Virus record (IMG/VR): IMGVR_UViG_3300043178_000054
Location: 1 to 43,736 of that record
DNA from: a virus
DNA: 43,736 nucleotides
Direction: 5' to 3' (one strand)
The position numbers and the translations under genes were made by a program. The notes beneath the pieces were generated by a model, which was not told the DNA's origin, did not search any database, and saw nothing but the letters and a program-made list of their open reading frames with translations. Position 1 is the first letter of the stretch, and the number at the start of each line of letters is the position of its first letter. Below, in pieces: positions 8,317 through 17,534 of the stretch.

Positions 8317-9047
8317 CAGTCGTCCCCCGCCTCGTAGCTGTCGAGCTGGAATGGGCTGCCTGAGTTACCACCGAGTCCGAGTACGAACTTTCCGTGTGTG
8401 TCGTATGCGGTGCCAGGGTCCGCGTCCAGCGTGCAGGTTCCACCAGCCGCGGCCTGACTGGGCCAGTTCGCCGCGTCGTTGCTGGGCACCGTTGCGTCGA
8501 AGTCGTAGTAGACGACAACCGTGCTAGCCCCCGTCCCAGTGATTGTGACACCAACATAGTCGTTCGCAGCGATAGCCTCAGTGAACGACTCATTGCAGGA
8601 GTTATCAACGAGCGTGTTCGCTGCACCGTCGTCGAACGAGTAGGTGCGCCACTCTGGAGGGGAGCCGGAGTTGATCCGGTAGCCGTCGTTGTTCCCATCT
8701 ACCCGGGCACCCATGAGGATGGTGCCGCTCGCATCTACCCACTGAACCGAAAACGCCACACCCTCGTCACAAGAGCCAGTTGGCGTGTATGCGTAGGTGT
8801 GGGCGGATTGGAAGCCGGAGCCGACCTTCGTGTAGCTCGCCTGGCTACTGGTCTGGGTGATGATGTTGTCCTGGGTACGAATGCGCGCCCAGCCTGAGAT
8901 GCCGCTGATCTCGCCAGAACCGTCAAAGCCCTCTTCGTACCACGTCTCGGTGCAGCCGCCTCCGCCCGTGGGAATCCCCATGATTGGGTTCCCCAGCGCG
9001 GGGAGGGCGAGCAGCGCGACTGCGGCTAACGCGTGTAGACGACGCAT
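8316..9047 (-). CDS. Exported protein 5 (243 aa), lectin/jelly-roll-like by composition
   Basis: MRRLHALAAVALLALPALG|NP signal. 4 Cys in the mature part. Acidic C-terminal tail DSYEAGDD, resembling the tail of the 656-aa protein. Confidence 0.6.
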   Translation of the reverse strand: MRRLHALAAVALLALPALGNPIMGIPTGGGGCTETWYEEGFDGSGEISGISGWARIRTQDNIITQTSSQASYTKVGSGFQSAHTYAYTPTGSCDEGVAFSVQWVDASGTILMGARVDGNNDGYRINSGSPPEWRTYSFDDGAANTLVDNSCNESFTEAIAANDYVGVTITGTGASTVVVYYDFDATVPSNDAANWPSQAAAGGTCTLDADPGTAYDTHGKFVLGLGGNSGSPFQLDSYEAGDD

Positions 9048-10147
9048 GCCGTCAACCTCGTCGGGCTCGAAGCGACCGAAGTGATCGCGAAGTCGAGCGT
9101 GTTCCCAGCCGCCATCGAGCCGGTAAGGCTCGTGTTGTCAGTCTCACCAGAGGCGTCACACACGAGATCGGTACCCATCACGTCTGCAGGCGTCCCGTCG
9201 TCGATCTGGAAATCGAAGTTCACCGTGCCGGTGTCAGTCTCGCACCAAACCTCGGTAATCGTCACGGCGACTGGGGCGCGCCACACGCTCTGAATGTCGT
9301 AGGTACTGGCGATGGTGGAGCCGGGCGTGAAGAGCGGGAAGCACTCCTCCTCGGTAATGTCGAGGTGACCGTCGTCTACTGTGTTGTCGGTAAGCAGCTC
9401 CTCCGCATCGAACTCGCCGTTTGTGTCGGGGGTCAACGTCTTGCTGGCCGCAAGATTCACTCCAGCAATGTCGATTGAGAGGAAGTGAGCACCAAGGTCG
9501 GAGTCCTCAAACAGCTTCCAAAACTGCCCCGCTGTCGAGTTGGCAGCACAGGCAAGCCCGGTCGCGTCGAGCACGCATCCACCCGCTGTCACCGAGGTAG
9601 CTGTAGCAACACCCAGCACGGGTGTCACGAGGGTTGGGCTCGTTGCGAACACGAGCGCTCCGGAGCCTGTGTCGTCGCTGATCACGCCGTCGAGCTGTAC
9701 GGAAGTGGTTGCTGCGAACTGGCTGAGCGGATTCGATGTAAGGGCGTCGCCTCCACCAGGGATCGTTTGGAAACTGCCGTCGTCGCGAAGGAACTTGGTG
9801 CCGTTCGGTGTCCCGGTGATACCGACGAAGCTCACCCACTCCGAGAAGGTGTCGACGCTCGCCTCGAACAGAAAGTTGGCAAGCTCCACATCAATGCCAG
9901 CGATGTGTTCGCGTAGCGAGAGGCCAGTGTCGCTGAGGTCAGCAGGGGTGTAGTTGACCGCAGTACGAACAGTTGTGAAGTCTACCTGTCCGACGGCGAG
10001 CTGGTTGCCCAGCGTGCAGGCATTCAGGTCCGTCCCCAGCAGCGCCTCAGTCGCCGGCGCAGTCGCCCATGTCTTAGTACACGGTGTCGCGCCCGCCGAA
10101 ACTGCCACCAGTAGAAACAGCCAAAGCGCGATTAGACTGCGCATCAT
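9026..10147 (-). CDS. Exported protein 4 (373 aa) with a tail-fibre-type repeat motif
   Basis: ATGATG at 10147, GAGGTG RBS, ATGA overlap with the upstream small ORF. MMRSLIALWLFLLVAVSAGA|TP signal. 8 Cys. FLRDDGSFQTIPGGG ... SPTLVTPVLG resembles motifs common in phage tail fibres. Confidence 0.6.
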   Translation of the reverse strand: MMRSLIALWLFLLVAVSAGATPCTKTWATAPATEALLGTDLNACTLGNQLAVGQVDFTTVRTAVNYTPADLSDTGLSLREHIAGIDVELANFLFEASVDTFSEWVSFVGITGTPNGTKFLRDDGSFQTIPGGGDALTSNPLSQFAATTSVQLDGVISDDTGSGALVFATSPTLVTPVLGVATATSVTAGGCVLDATGLACAANSTAGQFWKLFEDSDLGAHFLSIDIAGVNLAASKTLTPDTNGEFDAEELLTDNTVDDGHLDITEEECFPLFTPGSTIASTYDIQSVWRAPVAVTITEVWCETDTGTVNFDFQIDDGTPADVMGTDLVCDASGETDNTSLTGSMAAGNTLDFAITSVASSPTRLTACVVYTR

Positions 10148-10335
10148 CCATTCACCTCGCAGTCGTTGACGTTGCTCGAGTTGACGAGACAACCCGTTGC
10201 AGGCGTCCCACCTCCACTTGCCCTTTGTTGTGGATACGCCCGCGGGTGCGTCCTCTGGTTCGTGCCGGGCAAGGCAAAACTAATGGCAGCCCACAGCACA
10301 CCAAGCACCAGAAGCAGCTTTGCACAACTCTTCAT
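10144..10335 (-). CDS. Exported small protein 3 (63 aa)
   Basis: Internal ATG of track ORF 10144-10458. ATGA overlaps at both ends (with the stop at 10332-10334 and with the ATG at 10147). MKSCAKLLLVLGVLWAAISFA|LPG. 2 Cys in the mature part. Confidence 0.5.
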   Translation of the reverse strand: MKSCAKLLLVLGVLWAAISFALPGTNQRTHPRAYPQQRASGGGTPATGCLVNSSNVNDCEVNG

Positions 10336-11711
10336 TGCTGTCCAACCAGCCGCTCTCGCATCATCCCAACGTAGTCCAACCGATACGCCAACGTGTTTCC
10401 GCCAGTTGTGTGAACGTAACCAAAGGTGAGATGCACTGGAAGGGATCCTGGAGCCCAAACGAGGTCTGCAGGCTCGATGCAGTGCTTTCGTCCAGCCGCC
10501 GGCACCACCGGAATGCCGTTCACAAAGCAGTCGATGTATCCAGCTACCCAGTTGCCAGAGATATCGTTCTCCAAAAGCCCCCGCATCTCGAGTGTCGTAA
10601 ACGTTGTCGACAGGTTGAACCCCGTATCGAACAAGAACTGTGCCACGTTGCTCTTGTTCATCACAACCTTGACGTTGTTCGCATCGTCAATGAAGAAGCC
10701 AAAGTAGTGCGCGTCGAGAACGGTAGAGGGAACTCCTGCTGTCGTCAGCGGAAGGTCGCCACCGAGGAGTGCGTTGGCCGCACCAAAGAAGAAAGCCCCA
10801 ACCTGCCGCGGTGACTCCGCAAGGCTAACTCTTGTGGTAAGCCCAAACGCCTTCCCAAACGTATTCGGTCCAATGCTAATCCCTAACGAAATCGCAGGGT
10901 TCATCAGGAAGAACCCGTCGGAAGTGTCGCCAGCGGCAGTTCCGAGCTGCGCTGAGGAGTGCAGCTCGTTCGAGGATCCCGTCAGAAGCCGACTGAAAAA
11001 GTTGATCGTGGTAGGTGACCCGACATTGGAGCGTGCCCACCGTGGCGCAATCGCAACATTGCTGCCTGTCGGAGTCAGGCTTGGAGAGCTCTCTGCAACA
11101 GCCGTCCCACCACTGGCTGCCGGCATCGTACCGTTTGCTGTATACGTGTAGGAGAAGGTCTCGTTGAAGTCGTCGAAGAAAGCCTCGTGCCCGGAGGAGA
11201 AGCGAACACCGCTCTCGCTACCGATCTTCGACTCAATCAGGTGTTCGTAAGCTGGGAAGAGGTTCGTCTGTGCGACCCAGCGCCCGCCAGCAGCCACTCG
11301 AATGGCTTCACCAGAACCGCAGGAAACCTTGAGCTTCCCTCCTGCCCCAGCGCTCGTAATCGCCGGCATCAGGTAGTACGGCCCTGCCTTGAGCGACGAG
11401 TAGTCCCCACGCGTCGTAACCGTCGCCGCAAGCGTGGAAGCCGTTGAAGCTGCCGCCTCAGTCCTGGTCAGGTACAAACCGATGCTCGCCGGAATGTTGT
11501 TCGTCGGCTCGGCGAAGATGGTGGGGTCGCCGCCACACTCGATCATGTCGAGCTTGGCCTGATCCCCAGTATCCGCCGCCGTCCAGGTGAACGTAGCCTG
11601 ACCGCCGGACTTGATTGTGCTGACATCCCAGCTTCCTGCCGGAACCGTGGCGGGGAAGAGCAGCGCGAGCAGCGCGAGCAGCGCGAGCAGCGGGAAGAGC
11701 TTCTTGATCAT
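10332..11711 (-). CDS. Exported protein 2 (459 aa), C-terminal half lectin/jelly-roll-like by composition
   Basis: ATG 11711 lies 1 nt after the upstream stop. MIKKLFPLLALLALLALLFPATVPA signal, whose h-region is encoded by a 9-bp x4 tandem repeat. 4 Cys. Confidence 0.6.
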   Translation of the reverse strand: MIKKLFPLLALLALLALLFPATVPAGSWDVSTIKSGGQATFTWTAADTGDQAKLDMIECGGDPTIFAEPTNNIPASIGLYLTRTEAAASTASTLAATVTTRGDYSSLKAGPYYLMPAITSAGAGGKLKVSCGSGEAIRVAAGGRWVAQTNLFPAYEHLIESKIGSESGVRFSSGHEAFFDDFNETFSYTYTANGTMPAASGGTAVAESSPSLTPTGSNVAIAPRWARSNVGSPTTINFFSRLLTGSSNELHSSAQLGTAAGDTSDGFFLMNPAISLGISIGPNTFGKAFGLTTRVSLAESPRQVGAFFFGAANALLGGDLPLTTAGVPSTVLDAHYFGFFIDDANNVKVVMNKSNVAQFLFDTGFNLSTTFTTLEMRGLLENDISGNWVAGYIDCFVNGIPVVPAAGRKHCIEPADLVWAPGSLPVHLTFGYVHTTGGNTLAYRLDYVGMMRERLVGQQ

Positions 11712-11712
11712 A

Positions 11713-12216
11713 CTATCTCCTTCCGAGCACTGCGATCACGCACTGCTCTCCAGCGAGTGGTAAGGTCGTCACCTTGAACACCAGGCTTGGTGAGAGGAAC
11801 CCCCGCAGCGCCACCTGGTTCTGCGTCCCATCCAGCGGATAGGAGGATTCCTCTACACCATCCCCATCGACATCTCCACGGATTGGAGCGATGCCTGTAG
11901 TAGTCGTAACGGTAGCACCAGCCCCCTTGAACGGTGCGTAGAGCTCGACCTGACAGGCACCGGCCGCTCCCTGCAGGATGTCCCCAGCCCGAACGACGTC
12001 CAACACCCAACCGGAGGTCAAGAGCACCGGAGAGAACGAGTTCAACCCCGCTGTGCTGTTGATGCAGTAGTACGCCGCCACGTTGAGTGACAGGTCGGCG
12101 TTGGCGATCTTCCCCGCCGCTGCACAGCTTTGCGACTTGTACCACCCCGTCACGGTTTGCGCCTCCGCAACGGAGGCCAGGAGCAGCAGCGCAAGAGCCA
12201 GGAGAATCTTCTTCAT
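11713..12216 (-). CDS. Exported protein 1 (167 aa)
   Basis: AGGAG RBS 5 nt upstream of ATG 12216. MKKILLALALLLLASVAEA|QTV is a textbook Sec signal with an AxA site. 4 Cys. Contains a GDVDGDG motif. Confidence 0.65.
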   Translation of the reverse strand: MKKILLALALLLLASVAEAQTVTGWYKSQSCAAAGKIANADLSLNVAAYYCINSTAGLNSFSPVLLTSGWVLDVVRAGDILQGAAGACQVELYAPFKGAGATVTTTTGIAPIRGDVDGDGVEESSYPLDGTQNQVALRGFLSPSLVFKVTTLPLAGEQCVIAVLGRR

Positions 12217-12224
12217 CGCGTCTC

Positions 12225-12833
12225 CTAGTAGTCCTCGTGGGCTACAATGAAGCCCGAGGTGGTCAGCGTCCTCACGGACTCATTCCGGAGGTTCTGATAA
12301 TACTGCACGAGATCGGCGTCTCGGCCAACGGGCGCCAGGTTGAGCATCGTCTCCGCCAGGAGGAGATCCTCTGCATCATCCACCAGGTAGTGGCTGAACG
12401 CTCCGTAGCTACTCAACGGCCAATCGCTCCGCCGATAGATCAAGAAATGCAAATCATAGGCTACCGTGGTAGCGAGGAGCGGAAGGAGGAGCTTCTCATT
12501 CTTCACCCAGATGGGAAACTTGTCCTCCAGCGCCTGAGAGTCTAGAAGGACGTGAGGGGATTCCAGGAGCACAATCTCCTGAATCCCCTCCCATCCGCCG
12601 TCCTCTCGCACCTCCCCCGAGATCACACTCTTCACGCGTGCTCCCAGGTCCACCGTAGTCGGTGGGTTGGATGCAGGGTAGTCCTTGGTAACCTCCTCCC
12701 GCATGTAGCGGAAGTTGAACCCACGCTCGAGCTTCCGTGCGGCAAGTCGAACCGCAATCGGAATCTCCGCATCGAGCGCCCCCTTCTCTCCAAGGAGCGC
12801 ATCGACAGTCGCGTGGAAGTCTGCCAGAGTCAT
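12225..12833 (-). CDS. Hypothetical head-completion / head-tail adaptor candidate (202 aa)
   Basis: First gene after the major capsid gene and its hairpin. ATG 12833. The assignment rests on position only. Confidence 0.45.
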   Translation of the reverse strand: MTLADFHATVDALLGEKGALDAEIPIAVRLAARKLERGFNFRYMREEVTKDYPASNPPTTVDLGARVKSVISGEVREDGGWEGIQEIVLLESPHVLLDSQALEDKFPIWVKNEKLLLPLLATTVAYDLHFLIYRRSDWPLSSYGAFSHYLVDDAEDLLLAETMLNLAPVGRDADLVQYYQNLRNESVRTLTTSGFIVAHEDY

Positions 12834-12850
12834 GCATGTACCCAGGGATA

Positions 12851-12881
12851 GGCCCCAAGGCCCATTCCGGACCTTGGGGCC
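12851..12881. terminator. Conserved hairpin family, copy 1 (ggccccaagg-cccattccgga-ccttggggcc) between the capsid gene and the downstream gene
   Basis: Perfect 10-bp stem, 17 nt after the capsid stop and 17 nt before the next ATG. No U-tract. Likely an attenuator or RNA-stabilising hairpin. Confidence 0.6.
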
Positions 12882-12898
12882 GTACCCTCACGCGGGCA

Positions 12899-14158
12899 TC
12901 AGCCCGCAGCCGCTCCAACGAACTTCTGGATGTCGACGAAGGTCTCCGGGTTGTAGATCTCCAGCCCGCCCTCCGTCAGGAACCCCGACATCATCCCGTC
13001 GAGGTCGTTCGCCTCCAGCTTGGGTTGGTACACCATGTTCGCTCCGTCGATGTACCGCCAGCGGAAGTTGTCCATGTCGCAGATCACGATGGAGGCGTCG
13101 CGTCCGTAGTACGCGCTGCCGCCCGTCGTGCCTCCAGTCTGCCGGTTGAACAGCGGATGCGTCTTGAGGACCAGCGTGCCGAAGGGGCAGATGAGCCGGC
13201 GCACGTTCATGCCGAACTCCTTCTGCTCTCCCGTCATGATGATCTTCAGATCCGAGTTCAGCCGCACCAGCTTGTCCAGCGTCACCAGAGCTTGGTTCCC
13301 GCAGAAACCCATCTTCTCGGTGGCGCCGTAGCGGAATGCCAGCTCCAGGATCATCAGCAGCGTCGTGTAGTCCTTGGCCCCACTGTTGTAGGTCTGCCAG
13401 TCGATCACGTTCCCCGCCGCGTTGTCCGCGATGAACTTGATGATCCCACCAGTGCTCCGTCGAGGCTCCGAGCCCGACAGGTCCTCCGACCGCACGCCGA
13501 ACCACAGCGCCCGCTCGATGCCGATGCCGTGCAGCTGCAGCGTCTCCCGCTTCGACTCGGCCACCTGAGGCCCCGTCCGCAAGCGGGTCTTCTGCGCCGT
13601 GCGCGAGAGCGCCAGCGTGTCGCGGAAGATCTGCGTGTAGTTGAAGTATTTGGTCGCCTGGAAGCTCACCGACGGGGGCGCGCTGGAGTTCTCCGGCAGC
13701 GCCGAACCGACCATGAGCAGCTTCGGGTTGACACCCGCCCCGTTGAACGTCACCGCAGTCACCGTCGTACCGGCGAAGCCACGCACGCAGTCGACCGAAG
13801 TGTCGCTCGTCGGGGTGTTCGCAACCCGCAGGAGCTCGCCGGTCTGCTCGACGTACAGGATGTCGCCGGCCTTGAGGCTTCTCGCCCCGTTCCGGACGCC
13901 GGACTCGGCGAGCACCGTCACCGTGTCCGTACCTGCCGTGGCGTCGAGGTTGGCCCCGAGCTCCAGCCGGTAGTCCATCATCGTCTTGCTGTACCAGGCG
14001 AACTCCGGATCGTCCACCTTGGACTTCCGGAGCTTGTCCAGCATCGCCGTCAGGGGGAGATCCCCATTCGGGAAGAGAAGCATGAGGGATTCGAGAAACG
14101 ACTTGGGCCGCTGGTCGGTCACCCAGTCGTCGGTTGCACGCACGCCTGCGATCGCCAT
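12899..14158 (-). CDS. Major capsid protein (HK97-fold type inferred), 419 aa
   Basis: ATG 14158 with an AAGGTG RBS (the track start at 14230 adds 24 implausible codons). Size and position immediately after the Ala/Pro/Gly-rich scaffold and the portal, followed by a strong hairpin. The fold is not verifiable by eye. Confidence 0.75.
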   Translation of the reverse strand: MAIAGVRATDDWVTDQRPKSFLESLMLLFPNGDLPLTAMLDKLRKSKVDDPEFAWYSKTMMDYRLELGANLDATAGTDTVTVLAESGVRNGARSLKAGDILYVEQTGELLRVANTPTSDTSVDCVRGFAGTTVTAVTFNGAGVNPKLLMVGSALPENSSAPPSVSFQATKYFNYTQIFRDTLALSRTAQKTRLRTGPQVAESKRETLQLHGIGIERALWFGVRSEDLSGSEPRRSTGGIIKFIADNAAGNVIDWQTYNSGAKDYTTLLMILELAFRYGATEKMGFCGNQALVTLDKLVRLNSDLKIIMTGEQKEFGMNVRRLICPFGTLVLKTHPLFNRQTGGTTGGSAYYGRDASIVICDMDNFRWRYIDGANMVYQPKLEANDLDGMMSGFLTEGGLEIYNPETFVDIQKFVGAAAG

Positions 14159-14162
14159 GTTT

Positions 14163-15212
14163 TCACCTTGTCCGCGGGGGCACGAGCCCCGCGATTTCCA
14201 GAACGTCATCCAGGTGCGCGTTGTCCGCATTTGTGTCTACGCCCACCGGAGCCATGCCTGCCGGCCGCGTACTCGCTCCACGCATCCTCGGATGCTGAAC
14301 GACACGCGACGGAGGCGGCGACTCGGGCGGTGCGCTGGCCGGCACCACCTGGCTGAGGATCGAGAAGACCCTCTCCCCGATCTTGTCGCGCAGTTCGGGG
14401 CTCCAGGCCTTTGCCCCCAGCTCCACAGACACTTGCTGTGTCGCGATCTGCACGAGAGAACGAAGCTCCGGCCTGTTGAGGCTCGGGAACTTCGTGTAGA
14501 AGTCGGACACCATGGACTGGGCTTCGCCGGAGCGGCGGAGCTCCTGCTGGATGTTGGTCGCCAGCTCCTTGTTCTGCGCTTCGACCCAGCTCCGATACTC
14601 CTGTCGAAGATTCCGGTGGGCTGCCTGCAGCGCGCCGGAGAACATGGCCTGCATCCCCTTGATCCGGTCTTGCGGCTCCTCGGAGAGGATCAACGCAGCA
14701 ACCTCTTGGGGGATGTTGAAGACGTAAGGCGGCAACGGCTCCTGCGCAGGAGCGGCCGCACCAGGGGCCCCAGGAGCACCAGACCCAGGGACCCCGCCGG
14801 GACCACCTGGGGGGAGCCCCTTCCCCGTTCGCAGCGCCTCCACAAGCGCCGCATTCTGCTCCATCAGAAGCCGCGTCGTCTTCGTCAGCTCCTGAATGGA
14901 ATCCGCTGTGGGCGCGGCGGCGGGGGCGGGTGCCGCAGCCGCTCCGGCTGCAGGAGCCGGCGTTCCAGCAGTAGGAGCAGCCGCAGCAGTTGCCGGCGGC
15001 GGCGCATTTCCCTCGCCCTTGGTGGGCGCACCACCAGCCGGAGCGGCCGCAGGTTCCTCGGCATCCGGCACATCCTCCTCGAACCCCTCCGTGAAGGGGT
15101 CAAAGCGAAGGACGTCCTCAACGCTCAGATCACGTTGGGGGGAGGTCTCCGTCGGAGTCGGCGTCGCTGCCGTCGGAGTCTCCGGCGTATTTGTCGTCGG
15201 CACTTCGCTCAT
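14163..15212 (-). CDS. Scaffolding protein candidate (349 aa)
   Basis: ATG 15212 (MSEVPTTNTPE) with a GGAG RBS. Long Ala/Pro/Gly low-complexity region followed by a helical C-terminal half. Lies between portal and capsid. Overlaps the upstream gene by about 83 nt. Confidence 0.6.
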   Translation of the reverse strand: MSEVPTTNTPETPTAATPTPTETSPQRDLSVEDVLRFDPFTEGFEEDVPDAEEPAAAPAGGAPTKGEGNAPPPATAAAAPTAGTPAPAAGAAAAPAPAAAPTADSIQELTKTTRLLMEQNAALVEALRTGKGLPPGGPGGVPGSGAPGAPGAAAPAQEPLPPYVFNIPQEVAALILSEEPQDRIKGMQAMFSGALQAAHRNLRQEYRSWVEAQNKELATNIQQELRRSGEAQSMVSDFYTKFPSLNRPELRSLVQIATQQVSVELGAKAWSPELRDKIGERVFSILSQVVPASAPPESPPPSRVVQHPRMRGASTRPAGMAPVGVDTNADNAHLDDVLEIAGLVPPRTR

Positions 15213-15498
15213 TCTCACTCTCCAGTTCGGCCATGCCGAACAACTGCTCGAGCGCTTGGACATATCCCTCTGAGATGCCCTGAAGCTTTCGAGCCTTCGC
15301 CAAGCTCTCCTCACCCCACAGCGGCATCGCAGCAATCTGCGAGGCCATCCCCGCACACTCTATCAACACATGGCCAAGGGCCTTCTGCATCGTAGGGTGC
15401 CGAAGAACGCCAGTGAGCCAGAGGCGCTCGGATTCTGAGAGATTGCCATCTTGCAAAGCCAGGAGCTGCGACTTCCTCTGAAACTCCGCAAACTTCAC
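15130..15498 (-). CDS. Hypothetical protein with an acidic C-terminal tail (122 aa)
   Basis: GTG 15498 overlaps the portal stop (GTGA). C-terminus ENERSADDKYAGDSDGSDADSDGD. Confidence 0.55.
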   Translation of the reverse strand: MKFAEFQRKSQLLALQDGNLSESERLWLTGVLRHPTMQKALGHVLIECAGMASQIAAMPLWGEESLAKARKLQGISEGYVQALEQLFGMAELESENERSADDKYAGDSDGSDADSDGDLPPT

Positions 15499-17519
15499 AT
15501 CATCATCCTCTGCACATCCGGAGTGATGGGAACGAGGTTTCCGCGTCGCGCCTGGTCTTCCACCGCGCCATCCGGCTGCGGCATGACCGGAGTATTCGAA
15601 GGCACCTGCGCCCGCCGCATCGTCTCGATGTTCCGCGCCCCACCCAGGTCCGCAACGTACTCAAACACCCGGGGCAGCTCGTGTGACTGCTGCAACACTG
15701 GGGAGCCCAGGATCAGCGTCATGATTTCCTTCCAGACATCAAGCAACGCTACCCGATCCAAGGGCAACGTACCATCATGTTGGGGGAAATAGAAGTCCCC
15801 AACAATCATCTCTGGGGAAACCCTGATCGGGGCTTTCGCTCCCTCCTCACCAGTAATCATGATGAAGAAGTCGTCACTCAGATACTGCTGGTTGTTGAGG
15901 GTCATCATCTCCGCAAGCGGCACCATCTGTTGGGCGGACACGAGTCGATTGGTGTGGGCGAGACGACTTGAAGCCGCCCCCGCTGCCGTCCGGACCTCCG
16001 TGGCGGTCTTTCGCCCGCCCAGGTCCTGGAAGCCCATCATGTTATCCGACACACCAGTAATCCGCTCGTTGATCCCGAAGAGCACCTGGATGTCTGCAAT
16101 GTGCCCCCTGGTCACGTCCTGCACCGGAAGCTGGTAGATGGCCTGCTTGACGTCCGAACCAAGCATGGACTCCTTCAACCGAATGATCCGATGGACCTCA
16201 TTCTCCTCCGGTTTCAGGTCCTTCATCACGATCATCTTCGGGTCGACCACCAAGCTGTCGTTGATGACCTTCCTCACATTGTCCATGTGGCTGTTGAACA
16301 GCCAGGAGATCGCATCTTGCAGAGGCCCTGTGTAGTCGATCGTCCCAGGGTTGCCAAGCCCATAGCCCTGCACACCAGGCTCCGCCACCGCGACCGGGTG
16401 CAGCCCGTGGTCCGAGATGAAGGGCTCCGCCTGGACGATCTGATCCTGGTTGAGAATGGTGAAGAGCCACTTCTCCGGCCTGGTTTCATTCCCCAGCCCC
16501 AGCTCCCGCGGGATGATCTCCACCGTCCCCTGATCCACAACGTATCGGTCCTTGATCCCAGCGCGCCCGCCGATCCGAGCAGGGTAATCACCTTCCTCTG
16601 GGTGGGGCTCGCCGTCGTAGGCAACCGACCGGAGGGAGGCCCCTCTGGAGGAGCTGGAGTTCCATCGGCCAGCCCCCAGGTTCGTCGCCGCCGCATTGAC
16701 CCACTTGAGAATCCCATCAGCCTCATCCTTCAGAAGCTGATGCTTGCCCTCAAAGGTTCTCCAGAAGACGAACTCTCCTTTCTCCGCAACCAGGTGCATC
16801 GGAACGGAGGGATCAGGAAAGAACGTGTAGGGGTCCACCGGAACGACAGTGTTCCCCTCGTAAACTCGGGTGAGCTCCCGAAGAGTCTCCATCCCTGCGC
16901 GAACGGGAGTGCCGTCGTAGGAGAGGCGTTCTACCGGACGCCGCCGCGTCCGCATCCGCATCTCCTTCGTCCAACCCAGCCGGTAGGCAGAAACTCCGTA
17001 GATCTGCCAATCCTGGTTTGCCTGCGCGCACGCGCGGACGAAGCGGTTGTGGTCCAGGTTATACTGGTTCACCAGCTCCAGATTCCGTGCATTGGGCATC
17101 CACTTGTCGTCGTAGGTCCCAGCCTGGAAGACCGGCCTCCGCCCGACAAAGGCGTGGGTCATGAAGGTCGTAATCGTAGCAACTGTCGCGTAGGAGGTGG
17201 GAATGATGATCGAGACGTTCTTCGGCGGCCTCCCCTGCTTGTTCATGTTCTTCAGCAGCTGCTCGTACTTCGGCAGCGTGATGTACGCCTGCATCTTCAG
17301 CTCATTGACGTTCCACCTGGGGTGGAACCGCTGCATCGCCCTCTCCGAGCGATCAAGCCGAGTCATGAGGTAGTCCAAGACCTGATCATGCTTCTTGGAC
17401 TTGGGCTTCAGAAGATCGATGGGCCGCTCACCTTCGGCGAGCTCGATGCGCTCCCAATCGTCCTTAGGCTCATCACCCAGACCTTCCGTGTCCGCCACTC
17501 TATCTTCCGGCTTGGTCAT
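15495..17519 (-). CDS. Portal protein (674 aa)
   Basis: AGGAGGGG RBS. Directly downstream of TerL and upstream of scaffold and capsid. Size typical of portals. Confidence 0.75.
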   Translation of the reverse strand: MTKPEDRVADTEGLGDEPKDDWERIELAEGERPIDLLKPKSKKHDQVLDYLMTRLDRSERAMQRFHPRWNVNELKMQAYITLPKYEQLLKNMNKQGRPPKNVSIIIPTSYATVATITTFMTHAFVGRRPVFQAGTYDDKWMPNARNLELVNQYNLDHNRFVRACAQANQDWQIYGVSAYRLGWTKEMRMRTRRRPVERLSYDGTPVRAGMETLRELTRVYEGNTVVPVDPYTFFPDPSVPMHLVAEKGEFVFWRTFEGKHQLLKDEADGILKWVNAAATNLGAGRWNSSSSRGASLRSVAYDGEPHPEEGDYPARIGGRAGIKDRYVVDQGTVEIIPRELGLGNETRPEKWLFTILNQDQIVQAEPFISDHGLHPVAVAEPGVQGYGLGNPGTIDYTGPLQDAISWLFNSHMDNVRKVINDSLVVDPKMIVMKDLKPEENEVHRIIRLKESMLGSDVKQAIYQLPVQDVTRGHIADIQVLFGINERITGVSDNMMGFQDLGGRKTATEVRTAAGAASSRLAHTNRLVSAQQMVPLAEMMTLNNQQYLSDDFFIMITGEEGAKAPIRVSPEMIVGDFYFPQHDGTLPLDRVALLDVWKEIMTLILGSPVLQQSHELPRVFEYVADLGGARNIETMRRAQVPSNTPVMPQPDGAVEDQARRGNLVPITPDVQRMMM

Positions 17520-17534
17520 GGGGCTTCGCCCCTC

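Noticed and set aside
2833-10147. Diversity-generating retroelement targeting the fibre-like genes
   Set aside because: There is no reverse transcriptase ORF (no YxDD-type motif seen), and I noticed no template/variable repeat pair.
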